The translations under genes and the position numbers were made by a program. DNA of 64,000 bases from NCBI GenBank assembly GCA_019828565.1, contig JAHDYR010000062.1, positions 731,666 through 795,665 of the forward strand, read 5' to 3'. The first letter of the stretch is position 1. Each line of letters begins with the position of its first letter. This DNA comes from Carpediemonas membranifera BICM (lineage: Eukaryota > Protista > Fornicata). This document shows, piece by piece, positions 10,594 through 22,700 of the stretch. The notes below the pieces were generated by a model. That model searched no databases, had not been told where the DNA came from, and saw nothing but the letters and a program-made list of their open reading frames with translations.

Positions 10594-11071
10594 CAGCTAG
10601 CAGCATACCTCAAAACACAAGAAACCAGCATCATACAACACAAAGCGTCTTTACTACTAGTTACAACCGCTTTCCACCACTAGTGTCTCTCACAACAGAC
10701 GAAGATGACGAAGACGACGACGACATGAGCTTCAGACGCCGGCAATGGACGACAGATGAGCGCGTAACAGACGAGCACAGACGCGAAAGAAGACAGCAGC
10801 GTTCGACACAGACGATGGACTTTCCATCGCCGACGCCCTCATGTCCGCTACCCTTCTGGTGTACGACAGGTGGGCCGTCAGACTGAACCTGTTCAGTCCT
10901 CTGGAGTTCATCCCAGGGGGGTCGACAGCTTAAGTCACCTTTACACGAATCCTCCACATAAATTCTTCCAGTTGAGCTGCCGGCCTGAACCAGCTGTTTA
11001 CGTGAGATAAAATGAGCCCATAAACCACAATCGCCTAACGTAAAACTGCACTTTGGGTTGGTTTCCCCAGA

Positions 11072-12837
11072 ATGCCGTCTCTTGCAACCCTGCTCGATTC
11101 GGAGCGATGCCCGTGGCCTACACTGATAGCCACGTATCTTACGGTATGCATATTCTTCATCTCCTGACGTAGTACTTCCTCATCGTCGTTTTTGGCACAC
11201 TTGCTGACGTGGTTGGAAAGGTAATGGCCTTTGTGACCTTCACACGCCCAGATAAGAACTATGCTTCCCTATTTTCCAACTTTGATCGCTTTTTCCACTA
11301 CCGCATCTACTTCCGTGGTGTCCACTGCTTCAATCACCCCATCCGCTCCGCCCCAGGCGCCTGGATCGACGTTGTGAAGCGTGCCTCCAAGGACCACTTC
11401 AAGACGTGGTACTGCACTGACGAGACGTACCGTGCGCTAAACTTTGGCTCGTACAACTACCTCGGCTTTGCCTCGGGGAAGGCCAACGCTCAGAACGAGG
11501 CCAAGGTCGTTGAATCCTTCAGCAACTTCGGCATAACGATGGCCTCGCCCCGTGCCAACTCGGGCTACAGCCACCTGCACGCCGAGCTCGAGCAGACGAT
11601 GGCGGACTTCATCCACAAGGAGGCGGCCATCATATTCGCCATGGGGTTCGCCACCAACAGCACCACGATCCCCGCCCTCGTCGGACCCGACGGCCTTATC
11701 ATTTCGGACTCTCTGAACCACGCTTCGATCGTCGTCGGCGGGCGGGCGTCGGTGGGACACAAGAAGGTCTTCAGACACGACGACATGGCGCACCTGGAGA
11801 AGACTGTGCGCAACGCCATCCTCAACGGCATGCCCCGCACCCACAACCACTGGAGCAAGATCGTCATCGTCGTCGAGGGCATCTACTCTATGGAGGGCGG
11901 CATATGCAACCTCCCCGAGATCGTACGCATCGCCAAGCAGTACGGCTGCTACCTCTACGTCGACGAGGCCCACTCCATCGGTGCCCTCGGCCACCATGCG
12001 GGCGGTGTGTGCGACTTTTACGACGACCGCTTTGCCCTGCTCGACTGGGCCGACGCCCACCTCCTCTCCGTGCCCGGTAAGAAGGAGAAGGCCTGGACCA
12101 CGCCCTCTCTGTGGGGCAGCGTCTTCCACGGTCGCCAGCCCGACCTCGAGGACCTTCGCCAGCTCCATGACGACCACGTGAGGTTCGCCGGGACCCGCAA
12201 GGCCCTCCACGGCATGCTCGGGCCGCAGTTCTCGTTCTTCGACCAGGTGGACGTTCTCATGGGCACGTACACCAAGTCCTTTGCCTCTGTCGGCGGCTAC
12301 ATCGCCGGCAGCGCCGACCTCATCGACTACCTCCGCCGCGAGACGTTCGGCGCCGTCTCCGCTGAGCCCATGGCCCCCGGCTGCGTCTGCCAGATCAAGA
12401 GCGTCATCGACTCTTTCACCCCCGCCAAGGGGGCGTCCCGGGAGTCGGCCAACGGGCTCGTCCAGGTCGACCGGCTCGCCCGGAACACGCAGATCTTCCG
12501 CCGCTTCCTCTACGACCACGGCTTCCAGATCATGGGGGACCACCACTCGCCCGTCGTCCCCATGCTCTTGTACGCCCCCAACAAGATCCCTGCATTCTTC
12601 CAGGAGGCGATCAACAGAGGCATCGCCACTGTGGTCGTGGCTTACCCCGCGTGCTCCCTTATCGCGTCCCGGGTGCGGTTCTGCCTGTCCGCAGCCATGA
12701 CGGAGGAGGACATCGCATGGGCCCTGGAGCACATCGACGAGCTCGGTGACGTGTGCAGTCTCAAGTACGACCGGAAGAAGGTCAGGAAGGAGCTCAAGGC
12801 GAGGGTCACGGTCGAGGATGTGTGGGGCGACGAGTAG
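11072..12837 (+). CDS. LCB2: Serine palmitoyltransferase subunit 2; 29-nt intron 11144-11172
   Basis: LNFGSYNYLGF, SDSLNHAS, VEGIYSMEG, YVDEAHSIGA, PLP lysine motif GTYTKSF. Intron GTATGC...CTGACGTAG restores the N-terminal frame. Confidence 0.95.
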
Positions 12838-13170
12838 GGTGTGTAAAAAGTTTTTATTTAGAGGCATGGTTGGTTTTCATCGAGTCAAACGTCCAGTCGT
12901 ACTATCACCGGTTCATATCCATGCACTGCCCAGTGAACACACGCACGTGCATGCCATTCATGCAGCAGCCCTTGTCTTGTTCCGGCGGGTTTGTTTGTGA
13001 GGTCCTCTCCCCTACGTCGTCTTCTTCAATGCCTGGTGAGCTCCGACAGGTATTCAGCGAGACTGTTAGAGATCATGGCAGTGTCCATACTACCCTTTAA
13101 CGTCGTGCTCGGCCCAAGTGTTGCCCGGTGGGGGCTACACCATGATGAGTGCAGCTTAGTCCTCGAGAAA

Positions 13171-14904
13171 ATGTCGACGCCAACAATGAACGTAGTGACA
13201 ATTTCCGCGCTCGTTGAAGAGTTGCGGAGTGATGATATTACCAGCAGACTTAACGCTGTTCGCCGTATATCCACAATTGCTCTTGCCATTGGAGCTGAGA
13301 GAACCAGGGCGGAATTGCTGCCTTTCCTTGCTGATACCGCACAGGACGATGCAGATGAGATCCTTTGTGTCATGGCAGAGGAGCTTCAGCACTTCATTCC
13401 ATTCGTTGGGGGCGCCCCTTATGCATACACCATTATTGCGCCCCTCGCTGTTCTTGCCAAGGCCGATTCCCAGATGGTGAGAGATCGGGCCGTGGAAAGC
13501 CTTCTCTCCGTCGCCGAGCAGCTTTCTGAAGAGCACTTTACAGCCCATTTCATGCCTCTCATCGACTCTCTGGCCGAGTCCGAGTGGTATACACACCGCG
13601 TGTCCGCGTGCGGGCTCTACTCAGTCGCCATGAAGCGTGCCCAGCCCAAGCAGAAGCCTGGAATCATCAACCGCATCAAGGCGCACGCCGATGACGAGCT
13701 TCCGATGGTTCGCCGTGCTGCAGCTCTCTGTATCGCAAAGGTTGCCCCCTTCGTCGGCGGCGGTGAGGCCTCCAAGGACCTCCTCCTCGTTCTGCTCAAG
13801 CAGCTCGCGGCCGACGAGCAGGAGTCTGTCCGCCTCCACGCCGTACCCCTCAGCGCTGTGTTCATCCAGGCTGACATCGCCCCCGCTGCCACGGAGCCCG
13901 TCATGTCTGCCCTGGCCCAGGATATCAGCTGGAGGGTCCGGTCGGTCTTCATTGACCACCTGCCCCAGTGGGCCACCGCCCTCGAGCAGCCCGACGCTGC
14001 CGTCGACCACTGCGTCGCCCTCCTCACTGATCCCGAGCCCGAGGTTCGTGCCAAGGCCATGAGCGCCGTGCCCCAGTTCGCCGCGGTGCTCCCGCCGGCC
14101 ACAGTCGAGGCTCGCATCGTCCCGGCCCTCGGCGCCGTCACCAAGGACCCCGTCCTCGCTGTGAGGCTGGCAGGGTCGATAGCGGTCTGCGAGCTCGCCT
14201 CGATCGTGCCGGAGAAGGCCATGACTCAGCTCGAGTCGATGATCTCCGGCTTCCTGGCCGATGAGACGCCCGACGTCCGCCTGAGCACTGTGTCGGCCCT
14301 GCCTACGCTTTTCAAGACTCCCGCTGCGGCCAGGATCGCTGCCAAGCTCGTGGTGCCCATCATCAACCTCAGCGAGGACACTGCCTGGCGTGTCCGCCGG
14401 GCCGTGATCGACATCATCCCGCTCATCGTCGAGAGGTCGGGCCCGAGCTTCATGACGGAGCAGATGTCTGCAGCTGTGCTCTCTTGGCTCAGCGATGCCG
14501 TGTTCTCGATCAGGGACAGTGCCGCGAGGACCATCGCCGACATGCTGCCCCACCTCGACTCCAGCTGGGCCCAGGGCGTCCTCCTGCCCAAGCTGGCCTC
14601 TCTCGCGACCCACCCCAACTACCTCTACCGCGTCTCCGTGCTCATCGCCATCAGGGCCATCGCCCCCAACGTCGAGGAGACCCTGCTCGCCACGTCGATC
14701 CTGCCGATCGTCATCCGCATGGCCACCGACGGGACCCCGAATGTGCGGTTTAACGCAGCCCAGACCCTGGGCAAGGTCGGCCAGCTCGTGGAGGGCAAGT
14801 CGAGGGACGGGGAGATCGTACCCGTGCTCACCGGTATGGCCGACGACGAGGACCTGGATGTTAGGCAGTTTGCGGAGACCGCGCTCGAGCAGGTGTGCGT
14901 TTAG
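13171..14904 (+). CDS. PPP2R1: PP2A scaffold (A/PR65) subunit, HEAT repeats
   Basis: LVEELRSDD..RLNA...IALAIGAERTRAELLPFL, repeated D..WRVR, HPNYLYR, PNVRFNAA. Confidence 0.95.
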   Translation: MSTPTMNVVTISALVEELRSDDITSRLNAVRRISTIALAIGAERTRAELLPFLADTAQDDADEILCVMAEELQHFIPFVGGAPYAYTIIAPLAVLAKADSQMVRDRAVESLLSVAEQLSEEHFTAHFMPLIDSLAESEWYTHRVSACGLYSVAMKRAQPKQKPGIINRIKAHADDELPMVRRAAALCIAKVAPFVGGGEASKDLLLVLLKQLAADEQESVRLHAVPLSAVFIQADIAPAATEPVMSALAQDISWRVRSVFIDHLPQWATALEQPDAAVDHCVALLTDPEPEVRAKAMSAVPQFAAVLPPATVEARIVPALGAVTKDPVLAVRLAGSIAVCELASIVPEKAMTQLESMISGFLADETPDVRLSTVSALPTLFKTPAAARIAAKLVVPIINLSEDTAWRVRRAVIDIIPLIVERSGPSFMTEQMSAAVLSWLSDAVFSIRDSAARTIADMLPHLDSSWAQGVLLPKLASLATHPNYLYRVSVLIAIRAIAPNVEETLLATSILPIVIRMATDGTPNVRFNAAQTLGKVGQLVEGKSRDGEIVPVLTGMADDEDLDVRQFAETALEQVCV

Positions 14905-15340
14905 TGTAAATAGATCTCTGATCCAGGAGCTGTCTTGTCGCACTGTGTCAAACAATGTTGGGTGGGGAACGTGGTGGTACATTAAGGTTGAGACAGCCAC
15001 GGCCTGTGATCACAGGAATGTCAAAAGAGAGTTCAGCGGTGACAGCTGCATAGTAAGGAGCTGGCCGTGACCCCTGCCATTGTACCATGTTTTACGAGTT
15101 AATAATGTGGTGTCGCGTTATGGGATACATGCGTTATGTTTGTTTACGAATTTATGTCACTTAAGTTACGGTCAGTGTGGCAGACCATACTGTGCCACAG
15201 GACAAGGTGAAGAGGCTCACCTCTGGCAGCTGGGACTGATAACTCAGCCATCACCTGACGCATTGGTGTCATTGGAGCTTCAGATGTTTGTGGTTTACAA
15301 GTCCACTCACGTTTTACAGATCACATAAATTACACAGTTC

Positions 15341-18300
15341 TCAATCTTTCCGAGCCCCAAAGAACGCCGGGGCGTCCTCCTTATCGACCACGGCAAGATA
15401 GAACTTCTGGCCGACCTCCACAATCGACAAGTTGTGCTGCTTCGCAGTATAAAGCCTCACACCGCGGCGAACGGGCCATGTCTTAAACAAGGCACCCGAG
15501 ATGTTCTGTGCAGTGCCACACCCCTCAGCGAGCATCAACAGATCGTCTGGAGAAACGCCGACCCACTCAGCTGCGGCAGACGCGTTGTTGGGGCCGCTGA
15601 ACTTGACCTCGGGCGACGGGTTGACTGAAAGATAAAAGGCCAACAGGGACATCAGGTCGGTCTGTTCAGAAGTCAGACGTTCGCGGACGGGAGCGTGAGT
15701 CGATTGGGTTTCATCAAGTGATTGGTCTAACGCGACAGAGGCTGCGCGGCGGGCGACAATCATGCGGTCATATCCAGCGATATCCTCAATCACGGAAAGA
15801 ATCGATTTGAGTAGCTCGGGAATCGAACCATTCTTGTACTTGACAACCATCACGGGCGACGGTCTGCAAGTCGAGCAATGGATCCGAATATTCTTACCGA
15901 CGACCACAGGATCTTCAGGCGGCATAGCATGGTGTAGCTGTCTTACAAAGTTCTGGAATGGAGTCAACGCGGCATGGTCAGCACTCTCAAACAGGTCGAG
16001 CAGAGCAAAGTGAGTCACCAGTTGGTTCGTCAGATGATGGTAGACCCGAGAGAAGTCCTCTGAGTCGGCCGCGGGGTTCTCGAGGGTCCAGAGAAGGTGA
16101 ATCCGATCCCAAACAGTGGATACGAGCGAATCTATGTCCGATTCAGAGACTGTGGCCGCGCGTGCGAGGAGGAGCGAGAGCTCTTCCTGGATTGTCTCAT
16201 CCGAATCTGCGGATTTGGAGAGATTCGGCGCTCCAGTAGTGGCGGACAAATCCTCGACCACACGGATTCCGTATTTGGATGTCACCCTCTGGTACAACTC
16301 CGCGAATATCGACAAGATATGATTCCTCTTGATGACGCTCTGGAACGAAGGGACGAACACACGGTTGTCTAACGGCAGGAGGATAGGACATAGGTTGCTC
16401 AGCCCGCCCAGGACACTACGGGCGTCACCAGCCTGCCTTACAGCCACCTCACCTCCGTATCTCTCTTCTAGAGCAGCAAGTCTCTTCCCCGAGTCTGCCC
16501 TAGACAGCGTGGTCCGCAGGAGGATGACCGGGGGCGCATCCATGGACAGTAGCGTCTCAAGGACCTTGGGGCAGTCAAGCAGGAGGTCACCGACCACTTG
16601 GGGTCCGAAGAAGGCGGAGAGGGACGCGATACAGCAGATAGCGGCGTCGCGGTCGGGAGATTCATCGACCACACTGAAAGATTCGACATGGGACGTGTCA
16701 CACTCCCGGACAATGGCCGAATGGTGTGCCAGGAGATCATCAAGACCAACACGATCTGAAGATACGATTCTACCAGATTTCTGACGGATCACCCTCAGGA
16801 TAGAGCTCATCACACGCGATGCCTTGAGAACGGCGAATCCAGCATCCCTCGCGCGGCTCTCCTGTGCGGGCGCGTCCTCTGCGTCGGCATGGATGAGGAG
16901 GGCTGGCAGCAGCCTGAGCATCTCCGCCCTTATAGCGGCAATATGCTCGTGGGAATCAATCTCAGAGCTCAAGTCGAGTCTGGTGGCGAACACCGCGAAC
17001 ACAGCGGCCGACATGAACGGAGATCTGGGCGTTTGTGCGGCCATGAGCTCGTTATGGTTGACCCTGTATTCAGGGAAACCGTGGGCCATGGAATCTTCGT
17101 TCATGTCTGCAATAGTGCCTGTACCTGGCACTGCGGGCTGGGGGAGCGTAGCCTGCTCGTGTTCGATGATTAGATCAATCGCGTCGAGTCGTCCCGCGTC
17201 ACACGGGATGGCTGTGACAGTCTTGATAAAGTTGGAGATGGTAATATCAGCCAGCGGGGCGAGGTTGGTCGACCCAGTGCCAAGGGCGTCCAGGCGAACG
17301 GTGCCCTGGAGCATCGTTTGTGCATTGGTCAGCTCGACGTCTTGCTCGAGGAACTTCTTCACCCGCTCCCCAAGCATAACGTCTATGACGGCATCACTCG
17401 ACTCGAATCTGAAGTCAAGGAGGTAGAGCAGGGTTACGATGATCTTGGCGCGTATGGAGTTAAAGGAGGATGTGTTCATGCCCTCGATGCCGTCCAGCTG
17501 GTTGAGTGCCCTGAGACTGGCGGTGAGGAGTGGCAGGCCGTAGTTGTGGACACAGAAGGCAGCCCAGGTCCTTAGGAACTCGGGCTCGTTCTGGAAGCAC
17601 GAGACAAAGGCCGCGAGGTCGCGTACTAAAGTGCACAGTGTCTCTCCGTACGTGTAGACCTGCTCCCAGCCGTCCGCGTCCTCGCCATTGTCTAGGGTGT
17701 CCGAGATACTCTTGCATATATCCGCGAGTTTGAACATGACCTTCAACTGCTCGCTAAACGGGATCAACAGGTCGTACGAGCGGCGGATATCCTCGATAGG
17801 GCAGTCCCGCCATAGCTCCTCGACCTCCTCATTGGTGTAGCCGACCTGCAGGATGCTCGGGTCGATGTCGTGAAAGAACTTGGTGTGCGCCATGCCCCGT
17901 TTGATACGAATGGACAACCAGCGAGCGACGTGGTCTGGTTGAATCGAGAGTATGTAGTTGGTAACACCCTGGTCTGCGAGGAAGAGGACCAGTTCCTTCC
18001 ATTGCACAGCCGCGGCCTTCCAGCGGACGTTAATGTCGGACTCAATTGCCGTGACGGACTCAACGAACCAGTGGAGCTCTGAAAGCTGCTCGTCGGGCCA
18101 ATCAGAGGTAAAACGCTCGATATCAAGCTGGCCTATGCGTGGATCGACGTCGTTGGGTGCAGTATCGTCCATTGGTTCTTCATTCATCGCGGAAATGATC
18201 GAATTCCACTGAGAGAGGAAGATGTAGCCTCGATCATCAGTGTCTAGCAGCTTGAAGACCGATCTAATGAGAGACTGACGCTGGGACATCACTTCGTCGG

Positions 18301-18436
18301 CGTCAAGGTCAGTGAAATTTGGCAGTATTCTGCATAATGCCGGAAGGCGGTGTGGGGTGCAGGTGGGGTCTTTGAGTGTGTATAGGGCCATATTAGCAGG
18401 CATACGGTGGGCTGATAGCATTCTCGACTCTAACAC
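15341..18436 (-). CDS. Large hypothetical protein with an N-terminal EF-hand-like loop
   Basis: 1031-aa ORF; FKLLDTDDRGYIFLSQW. Confidence 0.6.
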   Translation of the reverse strand: MLESRMLSAHRMPANMALYTLKDPTCTPHRLPALCRILPNFTDLDADEVMSQRQSLIRSVFKLLDTDDRGYIFLSQWNSIISAMNEEPMDDTAPNDVDPRIGQLDIERFTSDWPDEQLSELHWFVESVTAIESDINVRWKAAAVQWKELVLFLADQGVTNYILSIQPDHVARWLSIRIKRGMAHTKFFHDIDPSILQVGYTNEEVEELWRDCPIEDIRRSYDLLIPFSEQLKVMFKLADICKSISDTLDNGEDADGWEQVYTYGETLCTLVRDLAAFVSCFQNEPEFLRTWAAFCVHNYGLPLLTASLRALNQLDGIEGMNTSSFNSIRAKIIVTLLYLLDFRFESSDAVIDVMLGERVKKFLEQDVELTNAQTMLQGTVRLDALGTGSTNLAPLADITISNFIKTVTAIPCDAGRLDAIDLIIEHEQATLPQPAVPGTGTIADMNEDSMAHGFPEYRVNHNELMAAQTPRSPFMSAAVFAVFATRLDLSSEIDSHEHIAAIRAEMLRLLPALLIHADAEDAPAQESRARDAGFAVLKASRVMSSILRVIRQKSGRIVSSDRVGLDDLLAHHSAIVRECDTSHVESFSVVDESPDRDAAICCIASLSAFFGPQVVGDLLLDCPKVLETLLSMDAPPVILLRTTLSRADSGKRLAALEERYGGEVAVRQAGDARSVLGGLSNLCPILLPLDNRVFVPSFQSVIKRNHILSIFAELYQRVTSKYGIRVVEDLSATTGAPNLSKSADSDETIQEELSLLLARAATVSESDIDSLVSTVWDRIHLLWTLENPAADSEDFSRVYHHLTNQLVTHFALLDLFESADHAALTPFQNFVRQLHHAMPPEDPVVVGKNIRIHCSTCRPSPVMVVKYKNGSIPELLKSILSVIEDIAGYDRMIVARRAASVALDQSLDETQSTHAPVRERLTSEQTDLMSLLAFYLSVNPSPEVKFSGPNNASAAAEWVGVSPDDLLMLAEGCGTAQNISGALFKTWPVRRGVRLYTAKQHNLSIVEVGQKFYLAVVDKEDAPAFFGARKD

Positions 18437-18600
18437 CCGTTCGCCCGCAAGATTACATCAAAAGCCGGGGTAGCAACTGAATAGAATAACTTGTATGTTT
18501 CCGCCGCTTACCGCACCCTGAATCAGGCTCAATCGCTTCGGAGCACTTTAACCCAAAAATCGGACGCACTTAACGGCAAGGCCACGCTAACGGGCTTACT

Positions 18601-19587
18601 ATGGATACAAACACATTCACAGAAACAGGCAGTGATGTGGACGTGCAAGATACCCTTGATATGCCTCTCTTCGAACCTGATCTCAGCATCGATGAACTCC
18701 GTGAAGAGAACGACGCTCTCGTTCTCAAAGTCCGCGAGCTGCTCTCCACAAAGCAAGTAGAGGATGCTTTGAGCCACTATAGCCAAGAGCGCAGCCTCAG
18801 CGACGTCAAGGGACGATATAGCAAGTCTCTTGCCCATCTCGGCCTTCTTGCTCTCGAATTCAGGCGCATTCACGACGAGTCCGAGAAGGAATCGGAGCGG
18901 CTACAGGGAATCCTCCACGAGAAGCAGGAGCATGCCTCCAAGGTTGTCTCTAGTCTGGATACGTTCAAGCAAGAGGTGGCCAAGTGCTCAGTGTCTTCTC
19001 GTACTGGCCAGCCCCTGACTGATAGAGCCATTAACAAGCTCATGGAGGAGGCCAGAGAGGCCGCAGCAGTGGTGGAGAAGCTCAGACTGGCAAACATCCG
19101 CGCTCAGCAAAAGTTGAAGAGGTTCGAAAGCGGGCTGCAGCAGAAGGAAGAGCTCGCCGACCGGCTCCATTTGATTGACTTCGAGCAGCTTAAGATCGAG
19201 AACCAGACCCTGAACGAAAAGACGGAGGAACGTAACGAGGAGCTCCTAAAACTGCACAAGAAGACGACGACGACGGTACAAGTACTCTCTCACCTCAGAG
19301 AGAAGCTCCAGTCCGTCCTCTCTGAGAACCAGGAGCTCAAGCGGGAGATGCAGGAGATGGAGCTCGCCGTGGCCCAACGCCGCGACGAGCTCTCCAAGAT
19401 CAAGCAAGTCCGGGATCGTGTGCGGGCAGAGAACCACCGGAAGCGGCATGAGTCGGGGTTGTCGGGAAACCAGGCGCTGTTGCAGGACTTTGCCGTGCGG
19501 CAGCGTAACGTGGCGGAGCTGGAGATGGACATCGGGCGGCTTGCGGAAAAGCTCGAGCGGCTCAATGCTGAGGCCGGAGATATGTAG
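18601..19587 (+). CDS. CCDC96: Coiled-coil flagellar protein CCDC96/CFAP184 (DUF4201)
   Basis: LHLIDFEQLKIENQTLNEKTEERNEELLKL...TTVQVLSHLREKL. Confidence 0.85.
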   Translation: MDTNTFTETGSDVDVQDTLDMPLFEPDLSIDELREENDALVLKVRELLSTKQVEDALSHYSQERSLSDVKGRYSKSLAHLGLLALEFRRIHDESEKESERLQGILHEKQEHASKVVSSLDTFKQEVAKCSVSSRTGQPLTDRAINKLMEEAREAAAVVEKLRLANIRAQQKLKRFESGLQQKEELADRLHLIDFEQLKIENQTLNEKTEERNEELLKLHKKTTTTVQVLSHLREKLQSVLSENQELKREMQEMELAVAQRRDELSKIKQVRDRVRAENHRKRHESGLSGNQALLQDFAVRQRNVAELEMDIGRLAEKLERLNAEAGDM

Positions 19588-19754
19588 ATAAATTGCTGGG
19601 GATGTGTCTGGCTTGTATGCAAGAGGTTGACATGCGTTTATGAAGAGTCAATCTCAGTGTGACGCTCCGCCGAGAAAGTTTTTCGTTCAAAATGAAACGA
19701 CTCCATGTGCAGTTTATTAGTCATCATCGAAAGGCGCGCAAAGAATAGCTTGAA

Positions 19755-22700
19755 ATGTCGGTTTCGATCGAACCCAAGTATTTTCGTGCCGGATGCGAGG
19801 TCTTGCTGCAACAAGTTTCTGACAAAAGGAAGGATCTCCCGAGCCCGCTGCTAATTGTAACCGGTCCTGCGCCCTCGACGACAGAGAGCGGTAAGACAGA
19901 GGATTTTCTTGCTCCCGATCACATCCACCGTATTCTCTTCGGCTTTGTGATTCCTAAGACAATGATCCTCGTCGATTCCACCCGGTCCCGCGTAGACTTC
20001 TACTTCTCCCTCTCTGTCGGCCTTGACGCCTTCCAGAAGGCCATGGGCAGCAAGCCGTTCGACATCAGCATGGAGTCCGGCGACTTCGAGGTCCACAGTC
20101 ACGCCTTCAAGTATTCAGCCAAGAACAAGACCGGAACAATGGACCCCACTGTTCACAGCGGCTGGAAGACTGCCACAGCCATCCCGTTCCTCGCAGAGAC
20201 CAAGCGCAGGGTCAAGAACGTCAAGACCGGCTTCATGGAGTGGGTCGAGTCAAGTGTCAAGCCCGACGGCCAGTCCAAGCCCGCTGAGGACTTCCTCGCC
20301 CATCTCTCCATGTTTTTTAACACCCATGCGGCCCCAGCCACCGCATCCCTCGGTCAGGGCATGCTCGCTGTAGCTGACGCCGTCTCGAACTCTATGGTCC
20401 GCGGCCTCGCGATGGACGAGGCCGTGACGGAGGCCAGGACGCGGTTGCTGGCCAACAGCGTCGATAACATCTCCTGCGAGGAGATCACGATGAAGGGCGT
20501 GTCCCGCGGCACTCTCTCCAAGCCCCCGAACGCTGTGGCCACCGCCCGCGTCTCCTGCGGCAAGGACGAGATCGGCCTGCCCGCCGAACGCACCGTCCTC
20601 GCCTGGCCCTCCGCCAAGGTCGAGCTAGTCCACCACGTGGCCCACAAGGCATACGACCACGTGACGTCTTTCCTCCTCCATGATCTCATGGAGAAATCCC
20701 GCACTCTAGGGGATGTATCCAAGGCCTTGGTTGAGTGGATGTCCAACCAGCCTGGTGTGGAGAAGAAGACGGACGAGGAGACCGTCACCCTCAAACCGGG
20801 AAGTCTCAAGCTCAACGAGAACACCCTAGTTCGCCCCGTAACTCTGGGGGGCGACATCATCTCCAGAGCAAGCGCCACACTGCTCGAGCCCGGAATGCTT
20901 CTCTACGTCCTCGTGCGTGTCAAGGACGACGGTGCCGACGGCTCTGGCCACCACATCGCTGTGGGTAACACTGTTGTGCTTCTCGACGACGATGTTCTCG
21001 TACTCACCGCCCATGCCGACGAGACACCCGCGGACTACATCTTCGACGAGGCCTCGGCCGAGAAGAACAACACCAAGAGGATCCATTCGATCGACACATC
21101 CAACGTGCTCGAGCATAGATTCCGGGAACGCAAGACGAACACCAGCGACAGGTCAGAGGCAGCCCGACAGGACCTGCAACTCGCTCTCGGTGACGCCCTG
21201 CACGAGCGTCTGCTCAAGCGGCTTAAGAACAGCGACGACGACGAGGAAGGCGGGGCGACCCACGCTCGGGCGGCCACTTCCTTCTCCCAGGGCAAGGCGA
21301 TGCCCCTCCAGGTCCCCGCCAACCAGATCTTCGTCTCCCGGCCCCACAACACGGTGTTCTTGCCCATCCAGGGCTATGCCGTTCCCATCCACGTCTCATA
21401 CGTCAAGGCCGTCAACATGGCCAATGAGGCGGCCAACGAGAGCTCCCTCCGTATCCAGTTCGTAGCTCCCGGGCTGGGTGTGGCTAGGGGCGGCAACAGA
21501 CCCGCACAGGTGGTCAACCACGAGGCAGACTGCGAGTTTATCAGGGAGGTGACGTACAGGACCAAGGGCCAGGACGCCTTTGCTCGCACTCACGAGGCCA
21601 TTCGCGTGCTGAAGAGAGACTACACCAAGGCCGAGAAGGCGGACAAGGAGCGCAAGCAGAGCGTGCCTATGTTCACGCAGGCAATGGCGACGGAGATCAA
21701 GGGCGAGCGGAGCACCGTGGGCTCTGACAACAGACTGACCGCCTACAACGCCAAGCACACCCTCATGATGCGGCCCTATATCAAGCGAGCCCTGGCAGGC
21801 ACCCTGTTTGCCCACCAGAACGGGTTCATCTTCCAAGGAAGCATCAAGTCGAAGAGCAGCGCTGCTTCTGTCCACGTCTGCATTCCCTACTCGAACATCA
21901 GGCTCTGCTATCTCAAGAAGGCTGAGCCAAGCCGCCCCGTGGTCATGCTCCACCTCCACCTCCACGAACCGATGCAGTTGGCGTACAACGATGGGTCCAA
22001 GATGACCCAGGATGTCCAGTTTGTGATGGAAACAATAACTCTGACAGACGCCCTCGGTGTTCGTGAGACCTCCGCTCAGGCCGAGAGAGAGCGCGAGGCC
22101 AGGGAGAGAAAGCACATGTACACCATCAACAAGAGGTTCATCGAGTTCCTCTCCTCCCTCCGTGTGGAAGGCAGGTTCCCCTTCACCATCGACAACCACA
22201 TTACTAAGCCGACTGCCCGAGACCCATCCCGCAAGGAGTACTTCAAGGTCAGTGGGACCATTGTCAAGGGTGTCAATGACGTGTACCCGACCAACAAGGC
22301 ACTGGTCTCGTACGAGCAGGCGTTTGTTCTCCCACTGGAGGATGTCGAGTTCGCCGTGTTCGAGCGTGAAAGCTTCTACCTCCGCGAGTTTGATGTTACC
22401 TTTATCAAAAAGGACGGAACCCGCGTGCAGGTCAGCAACATCTCTCGTTCGTTCAGCGATGAGCTCAAGAACTGGCTCACGTTCGACGCCAACATCAAGT
22501 TCTTCATGACTGCCGCCCCCGTCAACTGGACGGACGTCCAGAACCGCATCATGAACGCCACCAGCAGCTATTTGGAGTTCCTCGAGGACGGCGGCTGGTC
22601 AGTCTTCTTCGACGAGGTCGTCATTGGCTCGGAGGAGGAGGACGCGGGTGAGGACGACGAAGACGCCTCTGAATTCCAGATATCCGGGTCCGAATACGCC

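Noticed and set aside
10661-10957. Upstream ORF (VQSDG) as the missing WED exon of Fanzor copy B
   Set aside because: Only a 3-residue resemblance to TDG, no alignment to copy A, and no convincing splice path.
11437-15000. Long antisense ORFs (476 aa, 459 aa) and similar ones over other genes
   Set aside because: Shadows of GC3-biased sense genes (LCB2, PP2A-A); no motifs.
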